DNA of 63,435 bases, taken from a virus. Taxonomy: Duplodnaviria > Caudoviricetes. The stretch spans positions 1 through 63,435 of the IMG/VR virus record IMGVR_UViG_3300033146_005951. One strand, 5' to 3'. Both the position numbers and the translations under genes were made by a program. Position 1 is the stretch's first letter, and every line of letters begins with the position of its first letter. The notes beneath the pieces were generated by a model. It had not been told where the DNA came from, searched no databases, and saw only the letters and a program-made list of their open reading frames with translations. Shown here piece after piece: positions 18,897 to 30,000 of the stretch.

Positions 18897-18968
18897 ATAC
18901 AGTGCACATATTGCACATAAATTATTAATTGATCTTAACAGATCATAAATTTTATAGGAGGTAATGCA

Positions 18969-21900
18969 ATGCCTTATAATTTACCTAAGAGGAGGATTTT
19001 TAACTACTCCAATTCACTTGGGCTATCAACCAGTAATGGTTGACGGAATCTCCTTGAATTCGAGGGAAGCCTTATCAGGTGGTGCTGAAGGTAATCTCGA
19101 GCTAAGCTCTATATATTAATATAGAGAAAGTGTAACGGCCATTCCGAAAGGAAGTACTTTACAAGTGTAAAGGAAGCGGGGAGCTCCTTATTAAAAACAA
19201 TAATATAGTGTAAGGCCTATGTTTAATAAGGATGGTGAAATGGTCTAATCTTTATGGAAACATAAAGTTGCAGGTAATGCTGCGAGTAAGGCTTAACGAA
19301 TCTTACTGAATATAAATGAAGTACAGTGCACAAAACTTCTCTATTGGACCTTGTGTTGTCTATATGGGGAATTTTTGCACATCCGGTTTGGCCACGTGTG
19401 AACCTCAGGTAGATGTCGGAGGTGTTAACTCTGGCGCTACACTGACTACTACGCGTGAGAAAACGGAGATCTTTCAAGGGTTCTAGGGAGCCGTCCTTAT
19501 AGGTAACTATGGGGATTATTACTCTGTGAATTGCTGGAATATCCTAAAGCCAAATAAACTACAAAGTAACCTTGAAATAGAGGTAAGCTTGAATGTTGCG
19601 AAAGCAGAAAAAATTATTTGGATTGCATAAGGTTAAATATCCTAAGTGTTAAGTTATAATGGACAATCAGCAGCTAAAAAATTAGTTCATCGACTATTCC
19701 GTAAGGAAGTACTCCGTAAGTACGGAGGAAGCGCAGAGCATCTATTAATTCAATAGATGAAGATATAGTCACAACTTCTTCAGAAATGAAGAGATGCTTA
19801 TTTATTAAGCAACGTAAAAGTAACGATTTTACGTAAGATTAGCAAGTCCCGAATGGTATAGACATGGTACAAGTTTAATACTTGTACTAGTATGGATGTA
19901 AATGAATGTTTGAGTTTGTAATCAATACTAATTCCTAAAGAGGAAATATAATGAGTTTAGATATAGATAAACTATTAGTAGATGTTTTAGATAAAGGTAG
20001 CACTTTTCATAATTACAGTGATAAGGTATCCAATCCAAAATTTAAGGCTGATATGGATTTTGATTTAAAACGCAGAAGAAATGAAGTGGCAAAGTTTTTA
20101 AAAGTTGTTGATTTGGAAGCTTCAAAATCAAATCAAACAGCTAGAGTTTTGCAAAAAGAAGGCTTTCAAGGTAGGATTCCAGAAAATTTAATTGAACTGG
20201 ATTTTGACTTTTCTTCAGTTAAATCTTCTGAGTTTATTCAAATCCTTGATGGGTTGGTATTTAGTGATGGGTATATATCAAAGAGTAATTTTAAATTAGG
20301 TTCTACTTTTCTTTGGTATGTTAATGCTGTACGAGGTTTTTTTGAGCATTTTAATTGGATTACTCGTTGGTATGCGTATCCAGATAAATCTGGCTGGACT
20401 GATAAGTTATCTTTTAATGTAGATACTTATCCTACACGAGACAATCCTTTTTCAATGAAAGCATATCGTAAGTGGTGGTATCCAAATGGAAAAAAAGTTA
20501 TTCCTAAAGATCTGGAAATTTCACCTCTAATGATGAATGCTGCGTGGTGTGGTGATGGTGGCTACATGAGTGATAATGCAGGTATGCTTTATACTAATAG
20601 TTTTACTGTTGAAGACGTAGATTCTTTTATATTACGTTTAAATAAGATCGTAGGTTGCAAAGCCAAAAGAAGATTCAAAAAACAAACTCAACCAGTAATA
20701 TTTTTCTCATCAGATGAATTCCAAAAGCTTTTATTGTTTATGGGTTCTAAACCTATAATTCCAGGTTTTGAGAAAAAGTTTATGATGCATCCAGATAATT
20801 TTCGGCGAGTGCCAGCAATGGTACGGGAAAAATCTCTTCTAATCAATGACGAAAGCTCAAAAGTCAAGGTTATTCAGCCTTGTGAGGGTAACGTACAGCA
20901 AGTTTTGCAAGATGTAAAGGACTTTGCTTCTTTAATTAATAGTGATGGTACTTTTATGATTCACAGGAAAACTAATCAAAGCAATTGTTTTGAGAGGCCT
21001 CAATACTTACCTGTATTAAAGATATCATCTACTAATAGAGAATTAGTTACTGCAGTAGCACGTAACTTACGATTATCTAGAATTAAAGAAACAACTCCTA
21101 AATATGGTATTGCACATAGATTTAGACTAACTACTACAGGCAGACCAGTCATTCAGTTCATTAAAAAACTCCTACCTTATTTAAATGAGGAGAAGAAAAT
21201 TGTGGCTGTTATATTATTAGCTTTGCCTATGGGTAGAGGTTATCATGAATTAAAACATTCAATCTATGAACAATTCTTAGAAACATCCAAGGCATTACAG
21301 CTGCAACGACTGAACGAAGAGACCCCACTGCAATTAAAAGTAGTGGGAGGTGCACCAGTCTAGTTGTTTAAAAAGACTTGTAATGAGTCACTTTATTGTA
21401 AAATAAAGTTTTATATGCAATCGAAACCCTAGTTGATCAATTTGCGACGCAGGAAACGGCTGTACTCAAGTTTGAGTCTATTGAGTGGAACGTTTCCAAT
21501 CTCGTTAAAGCTTTGAGTGCAGGTATTGTTACTCAAGGCACAGATGTAATTGATAAAGCATTAACTCAAGTTACTGCAAATGGTGATGCTGCAGAAACAG
21601 ACTTTACTTTTGCTATGACACCTACTACTGGTATGGCAGTATTGCCTGAATCAGTAATTGTGACAGATGGTACTGAGACATTTACTGATAATGGCGATGG
21701 TACTCTTACAGGTGATGCTACTGGTACTGGTACAGTAAATTATGCAACTGGTGCAGTTAGTGTATCTTTTAATGCTGCCCCTTCAGTAGGAGTAGGTAAC
21801 GTTACATGTGATGCAGATGAAGGAGAGCTTCTTTGTACTGTATCCGGAACGCCAACTTATAACATGCTGTTTTTAAAGTGGCCCTATGTAGCACCTAGTT

Positions 21901-22403
21901 CAGTAACTATTTATACTGGGGGGGGCTTAAGTTGTTCTGATGATGGCGCAGGTGGCTTGACTGGTGATATTGTAGCTGCAACTCCGCCTGACCCGGATAA
22001 TTCTATTGAATATGAAACTGGGCGTGTAGATGTAACTTGGAATGCTGCTCTTACTGCTGGCGAAGTAATTGTTGCTGCGTATGACGGAACAAAAACTGAA
22101 ACATTGAGTTTTGGCGGACAAATTTCTTTTATCGATGTTGCACTTAAACTAGTTCATGATACTCCAAAAGGTAGTACTATTACTATTAAGATTTGGAAGG
22201 CTCAGGGATCTGGTGCACTTGATATGACTTTTGGTGATGATGCCCATACATTCCCGATGGAGTTTAATGCAATGGTTCCGTTTGATCCATGCACTAAGCA
22301 AGTACTCGATTGGGCTGGTGATCCTCTTATCGAAGGTAAACAATTATTTGAGATAACAATTGAGAAGGCTGCCGGAACATGTACTGGTGATTGCGCCACA
22401 TAA
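18969..22403 (+). CDS. Major tail tube protein, spliced: join(18969..18986,19319..19481,19847..19852,21424..22403), 388 aa
   Basis: RBS ggagg at 18957-61. Exons total 1167 nt and read MPYNLP|KYSAQNFSIGPCVVYMG..GATLTTTREKTEIFQG|FP|KTLVDQFATQETAVLKFESIEWNVSNLVKALSAG.., joining ORF 21513..22403. The exon 3/intron 3 boundary is least certain. Confidence 0.8.
18987..19318 (+). ncRNA. Group I intron 1 (ORF-less, IA-like, 332 nt)
   Basis: P1 CCU|AAG:CUUGGG with U-G at the splice site; P10 AAGU:ACUU; P gaattcgaggga; Q aatctcgagc; P7 ggcca:tggtc with P7.1/P7.2 hairpins; P8 tccttattaaa:tttaataagga; terminal G 19318. Confidence 0.85.
19482..19846 (+). ncRNA. Group I intron 2 (ORF-less, IA-like, 365 nt)
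   Basis: P1 GGU|UC:GAGCC with U-G; P10 UCCC:GGGA; P gaattgctgga; Q aatcagcagc; R gttcatcgacta; S aagatatagtc; P3 ctctg:cagag; terminal G 19846. Confidence 0.9.
19853..21423 (+). mobile_element. Group I intron 3 (IB-like, about 1571 nt) carrying a homing endonuclease ORF
   Basis: Candidate IGS ttttcgg 20799-805; P2 gtgcca-gcaa-tggtac; P3 tctcttc:gaagaga; P7 gactg:cagtc; P8 cccactgc:gtagtggg; terminal G 21423. The 5' boundary is inferred from reading frame. Confidence 0.75.
19951..21363 (+). CDS. Intron-encoded LAGLIDADG homing endonuclease with three LAGLIDADG-like motifs
   Basis: ILDGLVFSDGYI, WWYPNGKKVIP, NAAWCGDGG, LYTNSFT (LAGLIDADG_2-like), plus DFASLINSDGTF. Confidence 0.85.
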   Translation: MSLDIDKLLVDVLDKGSTFHNYSDKVSNPKFKADMDFDLKRRRNEVAKFLKVVDLEASKSNQTARVLQKEGFQGRIPENLIELDFDFSSVKSSEFIQILDGLVFSDGYISKSNFKLGSTFLWYVNAVRGFFEHFNWITRWYAYPDKSGWTDKLSFNVDTYPTRDNPFSMKAYRKWWYPNGKKVIPKDLEISPLMMNAAWCGDGGYMSDNAGMLYTNSFTVEDVDSFILRLNKIVGCKAKRRFKKQTQPVIFFSSDEFQKLLLFMGSKPIIPGFEKKFMMHPDNFRRVPAMVREKSLLINDESSKVKVIQPCEGNVQQVLQDVKDFASLINSDGTFMIHRKTNQSNCFERPQYLPVLKISSTNRELVTAVARNLRLSRIKETTPKYGIAHRFRLTTTGRPVIQFIKKLLPYLNEEKKIVAVILLALPMGRGYHELKHSIYEQFLETSKALQLQRLNEETPLQLKVVGGAPV

Positions 22404-22438
22404 TTTTTCAGATTAAGGCACATTTTAATCTGCTTCAT

Positions 22439-22475
22439 AGTTGAGCTAAATATAATTTAGCTCAACTTATTATTT
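22439..22475 (+). terminator. 13-bp-stem hairpin after the tail tube gene (terminator or mRNA-stabilising hairpin)
   Basis: agttgagctaaat-ata-atttagctcaact followed by tattattt. Confidence 0.55.
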
Positions 22476-22497
22476 AGTTATGAGGAGGTATTTGTAA

Positions 22498-22704
22498 ATG
22501 GCATTATTAGAAAATGACGCTTATGATGGCGCAAAAGGCAGTATTGGCCATACATCACCCACAAACGGTTCAAGCCCTAATTTAAGTGTTGCAGTTAAGT
22601 CAACAAAAAGCAATTTTAAAGTTGGATCTGAGCGTGCTTCTGGTACTGGTTTTGGAAATATCAAATCAGTCAATCCGAGTGGGGGTTCGAAAGGGCCAAG
22701 ATAA
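22498..22704 (+). CDS. Small Gly/Ser-rich hypothetical protein
   Basis: Strong RBS gaggaggt. Confidence 0.75.
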   Translation: MALLENDAYDGAKGSIGHTSPTNGSSPNLSVAVKSTKSNFKVGSERASGTGFGNIKSVNPSGGSKGPR

Positions 22705-22809
22705 ATTTTAATACAATATGATTTAATTTAACAATACAATTAATTGCTGAAAGACATTACTAAAATGTCTTTCAGCAATTATATTTCTTTAGAGAAAAGG
22801 AGCATTAAA

Positions 22810-23421
22810 ATGTCAGATACTACTATTAATAATACAACACCCGACCCTACTACTTCTACAGAAGCCCTTCCTATCAACCCTGTAGAAATTACACCTATTA
22901 CACCTACTTCCGCTCCTGAAGGCACTGCAGAAGTAATGCCAAAGCCAGCGCCTGTCTTTATTCTTAAAGATATCAATGGAGGGAGTTTTCAAATTCCAAA
23001 TACTTTGCCTTGGGGTAAGGAAAAGAAAGTTCTTTCTATTGTAGGTAAGGCATTTAAAGAATTAATGCCTAAAAAGGAAGATAAAGATAATAAGAAGATT
23101 CCTTTTGATGCAGCTCATTTTATGAATTATGTAAATGAAAATTTTGATCTTGATGGTGAGGTTATCAAATCTTTTGAAAACATCGCTTTAGCATATGCTT
23201 CAGAAGAAGTTGCAGATACAAAAATCAATGTAGAAGAGCTCCTTCAATTTTTTGCGATTCAAGCTCCAGGCATTATAACAACACTCATTTCTGTTATCAC
23301 TGGTAAAAGTGAGGCTGATATTGACGAGCAATATGCTGGGGATTCAGTACTTGCATTTGCTGTTCCTTATGTTATTTATGCAATGCAAAAGTACGCTGGA
23401 TCGTTTATGAGTAATTTTTAA
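22810..23421 (+). CDS. Putative tail assembly chaperone
   Basis: Between tube and TMP genes; RBS aaggag favours ATG 22810 over TTG 22744. Confidence 0.6.
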   Translation: MSDTTINNTTPDPTTSTEALPINPVEITPITPTSAPEGTAEVMPKPAPVFILKDINGGSFQIPNTLPWGKEKKVLSIVGKAFKELMPKKEDKDNKKIPFDAAHFMNYVNENFDLDGEVIKSFENIALAYASEEVADTKINVEELLQFFAIQAPGIITTLISVITGKSEADIDEQYAGDSVLAFAVPYVIYAMQKYAGSFMSNF

Positions 23422-23452
23422 TTTCCCACAAGCATTATATAGGTGTTTGTGA

Positions 23453-24091
23453 ATGTTTCGTACACAATGGGTCGAGTCCCTTAATAATAAGTGGTATAAG
23501 TTCGAGTTGCCCATCTCATTGAAGCTCGAACTTACCATTATTTCTATCCTCAAAGAATGTAATTCTATTCAAGATGTTCTTTCTTTAATTGTATCTGAGG
23601 TTCTATCAGTTTCAATTAAAGAAATTGAAGAAGAATTGACCTATCATCAATTAACTAGTATTGTAAATTTAGTTATCCCACAAGTCACTAATAACTCCAC
23701 AAATGACACTTCGGATCAATTATCTTCAGATGAGGTTGATAAGATTGAATCGCCATTTTATTCTATATCTCGAATGATGGCTTTTTTATCATATCATGGC
23801 AAGATGCAACCATCTGAAGTTTTAAAATTACCTCGTGCAATTGTAATGGAAATGATGAAAGAGGTAACTGAATTATTGAGTACAGATAAAGAAATGGAAT
23901 ATGAATTATCTGTTGTGAGTGCTTTAAGCAAAATATTTGGTGGAGGTAAGAGTAGTAATTCAACCGCTAATTCAGCACCTAAGCCTGTTGATAATAATAC
24001 AATAGATTTATCAAATATTAATACAGATGATTTAGTTAATAAACTTGGTGTTATGGAAGGCATAACTGGAGTAATAAAGGTAGAGAGATAA
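23453..24091 (+). CDS. Putative second tail assembly chaperone
   Basis: Immediately precedes TMP; own RBS aggtg; 'MQPSEVLKLP' chaperone-like motif. Confidence 0.55.
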   Translation: MFRTQWVESLNNKWYKFELPISLKLELTIISILKECNSIQDVLSLIVSEVLSVSIKEIEEELTYHQLTSIVNLVIPQVTNNSTNDTSDQLSSDEVDKIESPFYSISRMMAFLSYHGKMQPSEVLKLPRAIVMEMMKEVTELLSTDKEMEYELSVVSALSKIFGGGKSSNSTANSAPKPVDNNTIDLSNINTDDLVNKLGVMEGITGVIKVER

Positions 24092-27000
24092 ATGGAAAAT
24101 ACAATAATTCCTTTAAGTTTTGATGTAAGTGCTCTTCAAGGCCAACTTGATGATATTACTAAAATAATGAATAAGACTTTTGCTTCGTTTGGTAGCAAAG
24201 GACAATTCAAAAGTCTTTCTACTGCCATGAATTCATTTAAAGGTAGTTTTGGTACTATCAATAAATCATTAAAAAGTATTGATTCTAATTTAGGTTTACT
24301 TGTCATTAATATAAATAAGATGTCGAGTAGTTTACAAGAAACAGGTAAAGAAATGAGTACCTTACGACAAGGTACTAAAGATAGTATTGTTACTACAGAA
24401 AAACTTGTTGGTGGTTTTAGTAAAGTTCAATCTGAAGTTAAAGAAACTCAATCATTATTAAAGAAACCTATGAGTTTAAATATTGATTTAGGTAAGACAG
24501 ATCTTGTAGGTCCTCTTGAAAAGCAATTAAGTACAGCACAACAAAAAATTAACCAAGCTTATAAATTTGAAACCCCTATTGGAAAGAAAGCTATATCTTT
24601 TGTTGATGAGACTAAAGTCAAAAATGATGTCAAAGTTTTTGAGAATGCTTATTCTGAAATTAAAAATTCGTCAGATGCTATGATAACTTATGTTCGTGGG
24701 ACTACTCGAGATATTCTTAAGCATCCTATGAATTCACTTGAGCAGTTTCAAAATTTATGGACTAGAACTATTTATAATCTACAGTCGCATAAGACAGGGC
24801 GAGAAGCAATTCCTTTATTCACTCTTACAGGTTCTGAGCTTGGCCCCATATCTGCTGCAATAGAAAAATTAGCTGAATTTCGAAAAGTAAGGCGAGGTTT
24901 AGATGTTGAATCCTTAAAGAGTTTTGAAAGTAGGCCTTTTGAAGAATTAGCTAAATCTTTAAGTAAATCTGGGTTTGCATATGACGAATTAATTGAAGCA
25001 GCTAGGGCTTTTAATGTATTGGAAGTAACTGGAGAAAAGCATATAGATGCTAATATTAAACAAACCAAAGAATATAAAGTTTTAGAAAAAGCTATTAAAT
25101 TATATTCAGAGGCTGTGGCTGTGGCTGATAGACAAATGGAAAAATCAGGAACAGTATCTGATGGGCAGGTAACAAAAGTAAAAAAATTAAAGCTTGCAAT
25201 GGATGAAGCAAGAAAGTCTGTAAGCTTAAAAGGAGAAATCGTATCAGTTAATGCTTTAGCTGGGACATTAGAAAATTTAGGTGATGTTGCCGGCACAAAA
25301 GTTACAGCTGCATTTCATAAGTTAGCTAGTTCATCTAAAAAGATTGGTAAGGAAACATGGGCTAAAGTTTTTGAGGCTAAAGATATTGGGGGATTTCAAA
25401 AAGCATTAGTTGTTTTAGAATCAAAATTAGGTCAAGTTGGTAAATCTAATCCACAAATTGAAGCGTTATATAAAAACTTTAGTAATATAAAACAAATTGC
25501 TGAAACTCATTTTGCTGCAAAGATGTCTGCTGAGTTTGAGGAAGGTGCAAGTAAATCTGAGAAAAAAATTGGTGAGTTATATACTAAGATAACTAAGTTA
25601 CAAAGTCAAGTTGCAAAAGGGGAGCTTCCTCAAAGTGCTTTAGTTGGTCCATTCAAAGCACTTTCAAAAGAAGTTGAATCTCTAATCAAACGCTCTCAAG
25701 TATTAAATGTTTCTTTAGATCAAATAGAGCAATCTAAGGGTCCTTCGGCAATGCGGTATGAGAAAGGACCGAAATCAAGTAGTACAGAATCTCGTGACCT
25801 TGCAACAACATATCAGGAAGGTGTTAGTGAAAAACAAATTTCTTCTTTAAGCACTCTTCAGTCTGGATTAAGAGGAGTTGCTGATCAATTAATATATGCA
25901 AATACTGAACTTAAGGTTTCTGAGGCTGCGTGGGTAAGTTGGGGAGAAGCTAGAAAAAAGATTGTTTTTGATCTTCGTAAAATTACAAGCGAATTTGAAG
26001 TACCGGTTGAAGATGTTTCTCGTACAGATATATCTAAGAAACATAGACAGTATGCAGATTATCAAAAACAAATTGATAGTTTAGTTAAAAAAAGAAAATT
26101 GCTTGGTATGGTTGATAAATCAAGCTATTCAGAATCTCTTTCACAAATGAAAAAAGTATTATCTGGATTACCTCAATTAAATGATTTACAAAAAAGAGGT
26201 AACCAAATTGTACGTGAAAGAAAAGCTTTACTTGATGCTACTGCAGGTAAAGAAAAGACCCCAGAACAAATAGCTCATCTTGAAAAATTAAAGAAGCAAT
26301 ATAAGGAAGTTAAAACTGCTGAAACCGAAGTTGCGAACGTTACTTTATTAATTGCAAATGAAATGGATGTTCTTGCAAGTAAGTCCGCTTTTAATCCAAC
26401 AGATATCGCACGTATCTCAGAGTTTGCTATTGAATTACAAAGAATAGATTCTCTTATTAAAACCATTAGCGGTAAGTCTTCATTGAGTATAAGCGCAGAT
26501 GTTGAAACCTTACAGAGAAGTTTAGGTACGATTAGTAAGGATGCTATTCCAATTAAGACAAAAATCACTATTGATCAGAAAGCAATAGATAAAGAGATTG
26601 CTACATTAGGCCAAAAATTTCATGCTGCAATGGCTAAAGAACCTAAAATTCGTACAGAGACAAGAACAAAAACTGCGTTACAAACTATCCGTTCAACTCA
26701 AAATGCAATTGGTAAGTTAGATAAACAATTGTTTGCAATGACGGATTCTGCAAATGTTGCTTTGCGTAATATCAGAATGGATAAAGCTTTAAATCCTAAA
26801 GATGCAGAGCAGTTAATGAAACCATTACAAAATTTAGTTTCTGAATTTTCTGGCTTACAAAAAGATATTTTGTTAATAGATGAGTCTTTAACTAAATTAG
26901 GTTCTAACCCAACTGAAGAACAAATGCAGAAGGCCTGGTCTCAGCTTGAGCCTGTCTTTTCTAATGCTTATGAGAAGATGAATTTATTTTCTGGGGTATA

Positions 27001-30000
27001 TGATAATCTTTCAAAAAAACAAGGTGGTGCGACTGCTGCAACTAATAATATGGTTTCATCACTAGAAAGGTTAATGCAAAAACCTACACGTGCAGCAAAG
27101 TCATTTGATATTTTAATTGATTCATTATTAAGAACTCAGGGTATAGCAGGAAAAACAGATTTAGCTAAACAGTTAAAATCCCCCGATAAAGCAATTCGTG
27201 AATATGCACAGAAAATTTCTGCGTCAATTGGAAAAGCAAGAACTGGCTTAGATACTATTGCTGGAGAAGCTCTTGGCCCTGAGGCAAATAAAAAAATTAA
27301 GCAGAATATAAAAAGAGCAGAAGAGAATTATGTGAAGCAGGTTGCTGATGCACAAAAGCGAGCCAGACGTAAATTAGACTCATTAATTAAGAAGGCAGAG
27401 GCTGGTCCTGGGTTAAAACGTAGTGGTGCTATTGATAGTGCAAAAGCGGCATTTGGTAAAGAAATTGGCGCATCTATTATTTCTGCAAAAAAAAGCTTAG
27501 AACAAGAGAAAGAAAGAATTCTTAATGTTCCTGTAAAATTAAAACCAGGTGTTGAGGCTGATCTTGTACTTAAAAAATGGAAAAGTACAATACAAGCTTT
27601 AGTTACTGATTTTGGTCAAGGAGGTAATTTAGCTGCTCAGAAATTTCAAGAAATGTATGCTTCAACAGCAGGCGGTTTTAAATTTGATCAGTCATTGTAT
27701 AATGTAGCATCTAAAACTAAAAGCTTATTGGGTCAAACTGGTTCGTTCTTTAAAACAATGGGCTCTCGTAGTGGTGATGTTCTGCCTTTAGAAGAATTCG
27801 ATCAATTAATTAAAAGACAAAAGCAGTTTCAAAAAGAAGGGGCACTTAGTACTGTAGCTCTTAATCCAATTATTGAGTTAGGTAGTGTTATATCAAATAC
27901 TGCTAATGTATTTGATAAGATGAAATTAGCAGTTAAAGCTTCTGCTTCTCCAGAGGTTATAGATAGTATTCAAAAAGAAATTGATCAATTCATACGTCTT
28001 CGTAAAACATCAAAAGATTCAACTGCACAATTATCTCAGCAAACTAAAGAAACCCGTGGCTTAGGTTTCACCATGGAAAAATTTGGTTATGCTATTGATC
28101 TCCTTATTCAATATTTAGAAAAAGCCATTAATAAATTTCAAGGTTTAGGTAAAACTGCGCACACTGCACTTAGTGGCATTGGGTCAAGTTTAAGAGGCCA
28201 AGCTGGTTTATTTAAATCAGGTTTAGCAGATATTGAAGGACCAATGTTTGATATTAAGCCTGAAGGATTTAAGTTAACCAAGCCTTTAGAGTCTATGTTT
28301 TCTGAGATATATAATTCTTCATTAACTAGTTTGCAAGATTTACGTAAGGTGACTGATAAAGGGTTATCTGCTTGGTCTGTAAGTTTTAAAGGAGGATTGT
28401 CGAAGACTGATAATGTAATAAAGCAAAATGGGTCTGCTTTAATTGGGGGTTTAAGTAAAATAAGAAAAAGTGTTCAAGCATCTACTGTTGTAAATTGGGG
28501 TAATATAATTGATCCTAAGGGGGCTGAATTATTAAGAAAATCAGCAGTGGGTATTGATTTACAATTAAAAGAACTGCAAACAAGTATCGCAAGGTTTAAA
28601 ACTGGTAAGATTTCAGAGGTATCTTCCTTTCCTACAGTTAAAGCTTTACAAACTCAATTAAAAACAGTATTATCTGTATCTGAAGAAGTTAAGCGTAAGC
28701 TTGCAGCAGGTAAATTAGGCATGGAACATTTTCCAGCAGTTGATAAATTACAACAATATGCCCTACAATTAACTGCTGCAATTGATATGATCGAAAAACC
28801 ATATAAATCTATGAAAGGATTAGCTGGTCAAGAAGAAAAAGTTAGCACAAAACAATTAGGCAAATCTTTTAGGTCAGGAATAATAGGTGCTCAAAAAGAA
28901 TTAGAGGCTGCTGTTAAACAGGTAAAGACTCCAATGAAGTCTGTTATGGTCAGGTTATTTGAAGACGTGCTTTCAATGACACCTACTGAGATTCCCCAGG
29001 CAGCAGGAATGATGAGGAGTTTAGCTGAACAGTTTCCAAGTCAAATGCAATCTGCTTTTAATGTAATGGGTAAGAAAAAATATGAAGTAGGTAAGTTCAT
29101 TGCAAAAATGTTTAGCATAGATCCAAGTGAATTTAAAACAGTTGAAGCAGCTATGGAAAAGAGGGGAGCTGAAATTCCTAAAATGCTTCTCAAGGCTATT
29201 TTTCTAACTGAAGGTCAGGCAAAGTTTGCAGCAGATGCAAAGAAGTTGGCTAATCAAGTAATTACTGCTCCCCTAAACAAAGCCCTTCGGTCAGCAGGAG
29301 AAGTCACTATGCCCAAATTCGAAACTTTTCGAATTGGTGATGAAATGATGAGAGCCGCAAAATTTGAAGGTGAAAAATTTACTCAAGTAAAGTCTCAATA
29401 CGGAACTTACATTTCAAGTTTAATTAATGATATAAGCAAACTTATGAAAGTTTCTCCATCAAAAACAATGAAACCAATATTGGAGAAAATTTTTAATGCA
29501 AGTGATGTTAATGATATTAATGCTTATGCAAATGGCATGAAAGGGGCTTTAAGCAATATAAAAGATTATCTTCAGAAAGCTGTATCTGGTAAATTGCCAA
29601 AAGGGCAATTAGCAGCTGGTTTAGGTTTGCAAGAAGAATTTAAAGTAGCAGGTTTAGATATAGATGAAAATGAACTATCTCAAATGTTTGAGCAAATGTA
29701 TAAGACGGCAGGTCAATCATTAAAAGATTTTGTTGCTCAAGAAAAAAGGTGGAGCTCAGATTCGATTAAAGATTTAATAATATTAATGGAGTACTGGGAA
29801 AATTTAGGTGGCATGGTTGATATGGTAACCAAAAAGATACCTAAAGTTTCTAATATGAAAAACATTTCTGAAACAATGTTTAAGGGCACAGAGAGCGGTT
29901 CAGTTGCAGCTGGCCGTGATATGGCTCGATTAATGGTTACAGCATTAACATCTACTTTATCTGAGGGAAGCGGAATAAAACAACCTTTAGCTGCAATGAT

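Noticed and set aside
19223-19477. Minus-strand 84-aa ORF
   Set aside because: It is the antisense shadow of exon 2 and intron 1
21513-22403. Stand-alone 296-aa gene starting at TTG 21513
   Set aside because: No RBS; the frame is open upstream to the intron 3' end, and the missing N-terminus is supplied by exons 1-3
23400-23455. Programmed frameshift joining the two tail chaperones (lambda G/GT style)
   Set aside because: The second ORF is in the +1 frame with an in-frame TGA (23450-52) right before its ATG and has its own RBS, so no fusion is possible
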